From Seison nebaliae (taxonomy: Eukaryota): 32,447 bases of DNA. The stretch is from positions 1 to 32,447 of the forward strand of contig JALJEE010002300.1 of NCBI GenBank assembly GCA_023231475.1, written 5' to 3'. Made by a program: the position numbers and the translations under genes. Shown piece by piece: positions 23,401-32,447 of the stretch (position 1 is its first letter; every line of letters starts with the position of its first letter). Below the pieces are notes generated by a model, which did not search any database, had not been told where the DNA came from, and saw nothing but the letters and a program-made list of their open reading frames with translations.

Positions 23401-26400
23401 AAAAAGAAAAACATTTATTTCCTTCATCTTCCCCATCTTCCATCATTAGTATTAATATGAAGACGATTATTGTTTCTCTCATTCGATAAATCCTCTAATT
23501 ATTGTTACAGTGAAACATACTCACAACTTGGAATTACAATTTAACATTCTTTTCCTGATTCAACACCTTTCCCCAAACAGAAAGATGATTAGAAATTACT
23601 TGTCTTTCATTTCCCCATAACCACGATTTTATCGTTTGATCGATGAAGAGTAAGAAGTCGTCGAATAGATAAATAATTCGAGTGATTGTTGAAGATATTC
23701 AATGTTGAAGAGAAGGTGTTAATATTTTGATATAATTCGATTAGATTGAACATCATTGATGCATACTATTTACTTCAATGACTTGTCACTACATAATTCC
23801 ACACATTCACTATTGACAACGGTATTGGAATCGATAAGTGGCGAGAATGAGATGAGATCAAAATTTCTCAAAAATGATTCCTGATTTATGGAAAAGATGC
23901 ATTCGTATGATTTGCAATAGGAAATAATGAATAAGGAATGAATAAAAAATAAATTGATAATTGATTCATCAATTACATAATCGACCAACTTTATTTGACG
24001 TGAGGATGGTTTGGTAACAAATTATTTCGTCATTCTCGTTCCCAGAAGGAGAATAGTGAAACTTGTATGAAGAAAACTATTTTTTTTATTAGTTACTGAT
24101 TTATCAGAAGATGAATCGGTGGCATGGAGTGTAAGAGGTGAATTGAATGGGAAGGAGAGAAAATGGATTGTAATTAAATCTGACAGAATGTGACATTTAA
24201 CACCATCGGAAAAGACAGAGGGACATAATGGATCATGTATCCTAATATTTTTTATGAACGACAACTTCTATTCATACGAACATTTCCTTTCAAATTGAGC
24301 TGATCATACATGATTGGGAAATAGACTCGAAAATATTGCCAATTGATGGTCATTCCCAACTACTTTTCCACACAATCAAATAATGAAAGTGGAACAGTTC
24401 ATTCAATTAAGAAAAGATCAAATTCACTTCATATGACCAATGTCCATTCTTGAAGAAGAATGATTCTTCTTCGATTCGCAGACGATTTCCATAAAATTAG
24501 TAAGAAATTCATTTTCAATGAAATATCGAAACGAAATATCAAAATGGAAAGCGAAATGAGGATTATTCGAATCGTGGTTTGTTTAATTAGAAGAGAATTA
24601 ATTTCTTTCCTTTTAACATTTTTTAACAAGACTAGAAAAGATGAATTGTTGATATAATGATCGGCATCGGACTTCTTTGAACAAATTGGTATCAACTTGA
24701 AATTCTCTAATTAATCGAAAAAACTACCGTTACTCCTCTGTCTCTTTCTTTTCATTTGTATCCGATTAAATACTTCATTAATTTGATACTTGTCATCGGC
24801 GATCGGATGATGAGTATTACTCGAAAAAGAAATCGAAGAAGAACAAAAATTTCTTCGGAATAATCTTTCAAAATTGACATTCTAGGTAAGTGAAAATTAC
24901 TATTTTTTTTCCTCTAAGAATTCTTCGGCTTCAATTCGATGAATATCTGATTAATTATGAGATATCTTAGATTCGTTTATAAGCATTTTGTTTTAGATAG
25001 GGATGTGTTGGAACTCATGGTGGTTTTTCTATGATTTGTTTTGTGCATGAAAAAACGACGAGGAAGTCGAACCTTCATAGCTGAGGGAGAGAAAATGGAA
25101 TTAGAAGTTATTCGAATCGGAAGAATTTTTTTCAAAAATTGCGATGTTGTGTAATAGTGGTTGAAAAAGTGAATGGAAACAGTTGCGGAGGAAATGGAAG
25201 AAGAAAGACGGAAATTCTTCCGATTCTTCATCATATATAATCGATGGATGAACAATGAAGAGTGAGATATGGAGTTAAAGAATGAAAGAAATTAAGTGAG
25301 GAGGGGGGAAACCCTAATCTATTTGACAAATAAACTCGATCGATGTACGTAAGAGAAAAGATAATAGAAAGTGGAAATGATTTCATAGAGAAAAAAAATT
25401 GATGGAGTTTGCTCAAAATTCGAGTTCCGTGTTGTGGAACAATTGAAGCAAATATGGATGTCGATGGACATCGAATATTCTTTATGGTGACAGATGTCGC
25501 TTCCCATTCCGTTCTACAAAATCGTTTCGTTCGAGTGAAAGTAGAAGGAATTGGAACGAGAGAATTGTGTCAGAAATAAATAGATACAGACGAAAGAGGA
25601 TCTTCCCAATTTTGGCGGAATAAATCGAACGATGAATAGATAATAATCAGTCGACTCAAACTACAAGAAATTGGAGGGAACGACAAATGTATTAAAGTGT
25701 TAGTTTCGTGTCGGTCGATTCGTTCGATGGAATTAATAATAATCGAACTTTAACTAAATCGTTCTATGATTATCATTGGGGATAGGAGAAGTGCTTGAAC
25801 TCCCGTCTGTCTTCCGATTAAATGAAATAGAACAAACTGAATAATTTCTTCCATTAAATCGATCAGCACCAACAATTCCATCATCAACAACCATCATCAT
25901 CCAAAATAAATAAGAATAGTCATCATTTCATTTATAATAATATTTATCCATTCTTAAGACGAACATGTTGTCGAAGAGAACAATAATTAGGAGAATTCAT
26001 AAATACAACATCACAACATAGTGACGAAAGTTACAATAAGGAAAATTTTTTACGATAAAAAAAATGTTCTTATTCTTGTGGAGATCATTATGAAAATCAC
26101 GGAAAATCGCAGCATCACATAATTGCACATTATTATGAATAATTGTCAATAATTCTTTTGATTTTTCACTTTCGTTCCAATCGATTAATTATCTCAATCA
26201 ATCAATATATGTATACACATATATGTACGATGAATTCGATGGAAGATAGAGAATTCTTATTCAAACTAATAATTCAAGCTACGTCACTCATTCAAAGATT
26301 AACATTCTCAACGGAAATGCAATTATTATTCATCATCCGATAATCAGTTACATCACTTTGATTATCTCATCGTCGGGCAACAACTAGATAATGAGAATAT

Positions 26401-29400
26401 ATTGATTCACTGTTAAATGAACTTCGATTCTCCTTTAAACTAATCGTTGCAACCAATTGATATTTATGATTTCTTCTGTGAAATGGGAAACAATGAGGTT
26501 TTCTATTATCGACAATTCTATAACGAGCAGTCGATATTCAACATCTTCGTCAACGTAAACAAAAGAATTGCAACTTTTCAACACAGAATCATATGACGAG
26601 AGTATGATGTAAATGTTCGAACGATTTCCGTCTAAGAAATTGCCGATTTCCTTTCCAATTGTTAGAGGAGAATGATTTCGCATTTCGATTATTCTACATT
26701 CATCCATAAGATAATGCGGCGACAATATTCTTCTTAAGCATGAGATGAAGTAACGGATAATTCGCAATATACATTATCATCTCAATTTTGAATTGATTAT
26801 TGCCCATGGCTATAATTCCGTCGATCCATTTAAAACATATTCCAATTGTATTATCAATTATCTTTTGGAAATCGTTTTAGCCGGAGAACAAACAACATAT
26901 TGAATTGAAGTAGAAAACTTTTAAAAAGTAAAAAACTATCTCATCATTCAATATTAAATGAAAATTTTGTGTGTTTGAGAAAGAAACTTTTGCCTCATAC
27001 GGTTTGTGGTACATATATTTAGAGGAAGGAAATGAAACGATTCCAACTATAAATGGAATTAGAAGCAAAAATATACACAAGCATTTGAGAACAACGTAAT
27101 AAAATTTGTAAGAATAATCAGAGTAATGAGGAGAATTGTGAAGGAGAAACAAAACAGTCTCAATTTGTGCACGCTAAATACTTTTAAATGAATAGATTTT
27201 ATTTCATCACGAACAAAAGTTCATTTAGGTAACGGTGTGGGAAAGAGGAAGAATGAAATGAAGACCGACCTGAAGAAACAGGAACGTTCCGATATTGCGA
27301 GACAATGGGCGGAAGAAAGCGGAAGGATCGAGTCAATATGTCTAAATGGAAAATTTTTCGTTAACATCATCAACTATTTATATATTCGACTTGTTATCCT
27401 CATTCTCATTTTCATTCAATTCGCCTTTTTTTCCGAATGAAGAAATAAAACGAATTCCATTTAATTCTACTCGTTTATCAGTTATATTCTTCAAATTTAT
27501 ATAACGATCAATTGAACGTCAATAATCGTGTTAGACATCATCTCCAATGAATAAATTTACTTTTCTTTCCTAATTCTTTGTACTTATTTCAACTCCTTTT
27601 CTTTCCATCAAATAACTGATCTTCAAACCAAAAATTGATTTTATGTAGCTCAGACAGCAGATCTGTCCACGAACAAATTAGTATGAATAAAAGGTAAAAT
27701 TGAAAAGAAACTCATTTCTTCATCATACTCGTGTTCTTCTTGTGTTTTAAACAAATATTAGATGCAGGAAATAGAATCGTTATATCTAGTAGAGAATTCG
27801 ACTTTAATTCATCCCCTCACTTCCAATGTGTATGGATCATATGTTTGCCGTTGGCGAAACATTGACATTGATCGCTTCTTACTTTTTTGTCGTATGAGAT
27901 AAATGTATTTCTTGTAAATTTCCTTGTTTTGAAACGAATCGGAAATATTCCCAATTTTCCTTCCAAATTTCACGTACTAATCCTACATTTTTTTTGTTGT
28001 CCATGGAAATTGAGGTGGAACGACGAAAAATTGACAGATCGGACAATTAACAGACACGACAAATAGGGGATCAGAATTTAAAATAGAAATACTTCCCGAA
28101 TACATTAATTTTCCAACTAACAAAGTTTAATCTTCACCGATTGTCAATGTCTCCCAGTTTCTTTTGTCTCATTACGAAGTTAACCGTCTGTATTGTCGAT
28201 AGACGATTATGAGAAAAGGAAACATGAATTTGTCAAATGTGATAGCTCGGATATAAATTACGTATTGAAAAGGTGAATGAATAGTTTATGCCGTTCATTA
28301 ACATTCGTAATGACCACTCTTAATTTAACATTTAACTACCTGAAACATTTAACAACAACAACGGAAGTTGGGAATGACGATGTGGGAGCATATTTCAACA
28401 ATCTATAAACGTAATTAATGAAAGAATTATTCGGGCGGATGTAAATTAAAAGGAGTGGTACGTATATGAGTCAGAAACCATAAATGTGTCGAAAGAAAAG
28501 AAAACGATCATTTTTTTAGATTGCTTTCTCATCAATCAATTAATAACATTAAATAAAACATAATTTTAGATGAAATTATCATGCTGCACTTCCATCATAG
28601 TGAAAAGATGGCACGTGTAAGATGGAAAAGAAATCCAGGAAATTCTATTACGTAATAAGTGTTATAGAGAAAGTCATGTGAGAGACGAAGCATCAACAGA
28701 AACGAATAGAAGAAAGACAAATGAAGATGGAACAAATGTAGATATGTGTGTCATTCTCAGAAGAAAACGGAAGAGTTCACCGTCAATCATTATTATTGAA
28801 ATATATTTACTTGTCATCGAGAGATCGGTGGGGAAAAGAAAAGAGTCGATGATATATTTCATTCTTATGACATTCGCACATAAATATAAATAGAAAATAA
28901 TAATTTTTAGAGGAGAATCAATCTTCACTTCCGGATTAGACATTGAATAAAGAAAATTATTTTTTTCTTATTCTCAAACAAATTTTCTTTACACAATTTA
29001 TAGAATTAGAAACGTTAAATCTTCATCTGTTTACAACATTCCTTTAAATCCATCTAACTGATAATTTATATCATTCCAATTTTGTTTTTAAATTATTCCA
29101 ATATTAAAATTTTATTAACAGTCGATTAACACTAATTTACATTTATTCTAACATATCAAACATTTCAGATTACGTAGAATGAACTGGATTGTTTTCTTTT
29201 TTGCTCACATTATTTTCCAACGATTCTGAATAAACACTTCATCAAACCAAAACACTCCAACAGAACTACTTAATGATAAATAAATGATGGACCACCATTG
29301 ATGATTTTAACCTAAAGGCTAAATTCTTGCAACTAAAAGACACATTCCAGTTCTTCACATTTTTTTAAATTTTCTTCTAATTGAATACGAAATAAAATGA

Positions 29401-29703
29401 TATGCTCAAAAAGAGCTTGATTTTATCTAAAAGTTCATATCGTTTTCCCTGGAAATATTCAGAACTTTTTAAGAAAACTTCCGGATAACATTTTAGAAAA
29501 TCAAAAGTTATCGATTTCTCGATTAACCAGTAAGAATTTCGATATCTGGACGTCGTTATGACAAACAACGAGAATCAGGATTGTCGTCACAAATACTGTC
29601 ATAATGTCAAAAAATTAAACAAAGAATAAAAGTCATATAGAATTTGAACCGAATCAACAGGTCATCCCCGAGAAATGAATATCGTAAATTTAAAACTTTT
29701 TCT

Positions 29704-30614
29704 GTACTAAAATATCTATATAAAAAAACAAAAAAGTAAAAAATGAAAATATAAAAAATGAAAAAGTAAAAAATGAAAAAGACATTCCATATAGAAACTC
29801 CAGCTGATCCAACGCAGCTTGTTTGATTTTTTCAGCCCAATCAATTAGGAGGTGTTAAAGTCGTGAAATCATGAAAATATTATCAGTTCTGTATGTATGT
29901 ATCAAGTTCTCTATCATAATTTAATAACCTCATAATATTTCTAATTCATAATCCTTTCCAATATTGATACGTAAGACATAATGCCTCAAATTGATTGGGT
30001 TGAGAAGGTAAAAAGTAATAAGCAGCTGTATTATGCTAACTACCTTTATAATTTTGAAAGTTGCCATAATAAAGAAGTCAAAAATGTAAGGATGGAATGT
30101 GTGAATCGAAAAAAAGGATGTAATGCAAAGATTTTGTTAAGCAGGGATTTAGGTCAGGTAAATGCTAGTAAAGGTCGGCATAAAAATACCTGTGTAGTAA
30201 GCAAGGATATTTTTGATAGTAAGAATTTATATGAAGATATGAAGAGGTTAGTTATGGAGAAAGGATATGCGGTTTCTGAAGCTATTAGCAAGGCGACGGA
30301 AAAGTCATCAGAGAAAGTATGCGCAGAATTGCCAGATATGAAAATAATGAAACGAACGTTGTGAACGTTTAAACCGACCATGAAGATTCCAATTGCGCAG
30401 GATAAGTTCTTTGAAATTCCACCAAATATGAAGATGTTCAACGGAGAAAATATAATACAATATGACACCGGTGATAAGGAAGAAAACGCCGTCGAATTCT
30501 CTAAAGATTTGGAAATGTAAAGAATAATTTTGTTTTATTTTCATTTTTTACTTATTCATTTTTTATATTTTCATTTTTTACTTTTTTGTTTTTTTATATA
30601 GACATTTTTTTCCC
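29704..30614 (+). mobile_element. Internally deleted Mutator-like DNA transposon (~0.9 kb) with 65-bp inverted arms
   Basis: 29715-29779 and 30538-30602 are inverted repeats with 1 mismatch in 65 nt, built from AAAAAATGAA-type subunits. The right terminus reads GGGAAAAAAATG inward. It encloses a transposase-like remnant. No clean TSD was found, so the exact left end is uncertain. Confidence 0.8.
29981..30520 (+). pseudogene. N-terminal fragment of a MULE-type transposase (FLYWCH/WRKY-GCM1-like zinc finger), with an in-frame stop and truncated before the DDE core
   Basis: LYYANYLY...MECVNRKKGCNAK...GRHKNTC gives C-x6-C-x19-H-x3-C. After the TGA at 30362-30364 the same frame continues TFKPTMKIPIAQDKFFEIPPNMKMFNGENIIQYDTGDKEEN, resembling the IP...GE.F..YD.G segment that precedes the MULE catalytic domain. 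Confidence 0.75.
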
Positions 30615-30749
30615 TTTTTAATAAATTCCATTAGTCCTTTTTTCAAAAAAATATCTGAAATGTACTTAAGTTATGTTGTCCTAATTCTTAAAAGGGATCG
30701 TTTTGGGTAATTTTTTTTTAACAACATGAGAAGGATGAGATATGGATTT

Positions 30750-31236
30750 TTAAAAAAAAATCAATGTAATTGGACAAATACATGTATAAAGACCATGTAT
30801 TTAGGTTTGAATTTACAATTTTTCGAAAAGTCGATTTTTTTTGATTTTTCTAGGAAGAAATGTCCCATATTTATGTTTTCTATCTGCGGATTAAAACCCT
30901 TTCCTCTTCTCATTGTTCAAAGGTATTTGAAAATAATTCAGTCTATCGAGGAATCTGATTTATTATTTCCATCTTTTCTCCAGTGTAAAACTTTTTTCAA
31001 TCCGGTTATCTTCTTTTTTTCTTATTATTCGATTGATATTCCTGAATCTTTCGATGAAGCTCTTTACATTTCTTCTAACTTCGATATCACTTCTCATATT
31101 CCAGAATATTTAAGAGATGAAATCGTCATTGGAAGAAAACTTATCACTGATAACATGTACAGTAATCTATTTCATTTTCTTTTTAATTTACCCCGAGGGG
31201 ATTTGATTTTATAATAAATAAAATAAAATAAATAAA
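30750..31236 (+). mobile_element. 5'-truncated non-LTR retrotransposon (LINE) 3' end, copy C (accounts for the 162-aa ORF 30726-31214), with (TAAA/TAAAA)n tail
   Basis: Protein similarity to copies A and B; the ORF ends FNLPRGDLIL* immediately before TAAATAAAATAAAATAAATAAA. The 5' boundary is approximate. Confidence 0.7.
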
Positions 31237-31503
31237 TTTTCCCTTTATTGGTTAGTTTTCTCTTTATGTAACGACAATTGATCATTCTATTGATCATAAA
31301 AAAGTTCGAACTTTTTTCACAAAAGAGCTAAAATATTACTTCTATGTATAATTTTGCGTTGACATTAGAATTACTTTTCCTAAAATTAAACGTTAGTGTA
31401 ACGATATGTTTTTAAGTTACTATAAAGTTACAATCAGAATTTTTGTATGCTAGGGATTTTTTTAACCAACTAGGAAAATTAGCATTATATAATTATTCCT
31501 TTA

Positions 31504-32055
31504 TCACAATGGTGATATTGGTTTAATAAATTTTCTTAATTTGTCACGTAGATATTTAGAAGTGCTACTACGTTGCCAACCGGTCGCAGCAGGAGATACA
31601 GCTAATAAATTATCAGGTTCATTGAAAAATTCCCTCAAATTATCAACTTGTGTCACAGCATCGACGTCAATTAGCCACCATCTTAAATTAAAAGTTCGAA
31701 TTAATACTAAGGAATGCGCAATCGGCTCTGTTGCGCGAACAGAAACTCCACCATTTTCTATTCTATTTAACTTTTTCAAGTTTTAGAGTGTTTCTTTTTG
31801 AACTATCCTTTCCATAGTTCGTTCAATATGAGAATAAATATCACCAGTAATATTTCACTTTATATTTTCAATTGCTTCTGTCAATTTGGGTATTTCTTTT
31901 AGCCAATTGGTTAATTGGTTAGTTCGATTTATTACATATTCCTCATCATACAATTTATCGTTAGATATGTAATAACTACGACACGTATAAATAACGTCAA
32001 GAATGACTGATGGGAAATTGACGTTCACGCATCCCCAGAAACCTGTCAGAGGATA
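31504..32055 (-). pseudogene. Degraded reading frame of unknown family (184 codons, two internal stops), probably extending to the window end
   Basis: One frame reads GFWGCVNV...YISNDKLYDEEYVINRTNQLTNWLKEIPKLTEAIENIK*NITGDIYSHIERTMERIVQKETL*NLKKLNRIENGG...LREFFNEPDNLLAVSPAATGWQRSSTSKYLRDKLRKFIKPISPL*, with stops at 31855-31857 (TGA) and 31783-31785 (TAA). Composition is protein-like, and this length is unlikely by chance in such AT-rich DNA. Confidence 0.55.
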
Positions 32056-32447
32056 TCAACAACGATACTATCGATCAACTCCTGGTACCAACTTAATCGT
32101 TTACTCACAGAGACATTCCGATAACGAACTCTTAATCACCCAAGATTAAGGAAGATGCTTAGGAACTATCAACCCATGTTTGTAAACTTCGCTGACACAC
32201 CCTCGCGTGTTAACTAAAGTTCAGGAACGTGTCTCTTATGATTAATCACCAACGTACCACTATAAATATATTTTGCTCCTAAAATTACCTCACCTCACTC
32301 ATACCTAAAATTCAACTTATCAAAACTATAATACTTTATACCAATTTTTACGATTTAATATTCTCTCTTCGATTACTATTAATAAAACTTCGTTTTATCT
32401 TCTTTAATTAAACTAATTAAACTTCGTCTCCTTTAAATCCTTCTTGT

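Larger units (their letters stand above)
12415..29700. other. ~17 kb apparently non-coding region upstream of the plexin ATG (5' UTR introns and/or cis-regulatory DNA)
   Basis: No ORF with recognisable motifs and no chain of exons separated by 45-61 nt introns could be built by eye. It contains only two small recognisable insertions. Confidence 0.55.

Noticed and set aside
26079..26102. bantam-miRNA-like sequence GAGATCATTATGAAAATC
   Set aside because: It lacks the 5' U and no convincing complementary arm for a precursor hairpin is nearby.
12799..29568. Numerous 60-110 aa ORFs in the upstream tract
   Set aside because: F/I/L/S/N-rich translations typical of random AT-rich DNA, many with non-ATG starts, with no domains and no consistent exon chains.
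32221..32447. Mitochondrial insertion explaining the strand skew
   Set aside because: No recognisable mitochondrial protein, rRNA or tRNA; TAA/TAG occur in all three minus frames.

Overview
AT-rich, compact eukaryotic (probably invertebrate animal) genomic DNA in the standard genetic code; the organism cannot be identified from sequence alone. Two intact minus-strand genes can be fully spliced by eye. One is an 8-exon annexin (1895-3210, 316 aa). The other is a very divergent 5-exon plexin (4502-12414, 2570 aa) whose intracellular GAP domain appears to have lost both catalytic arginine motifs and which has gained long tyrosine-motif-bearing insertions. All 11 introns of these genes are 45-61 nt and all begin GTT rather than the usual GTR. 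About 17 kb upstream of the plexin shows no supportable gene. Mobile DNA comprises four 5'-truncated 3' ends of what looks like one non-LTR retrotransposon lineage (two fused head-to-tail, one only 30 nt plus poly(A) with a TSD), a 280-bp foldback Mutator-like MITE with a 9-bp TSD, and an internally deleted Mutator-like element with a zinc-finger transposase remnant. The right end holds a stop-riddled, unidentified reading frame that runs into a stretch where + strand G survives almost only in CpG. All family assignments come from remembered motifs and hand alignments, not database searches.
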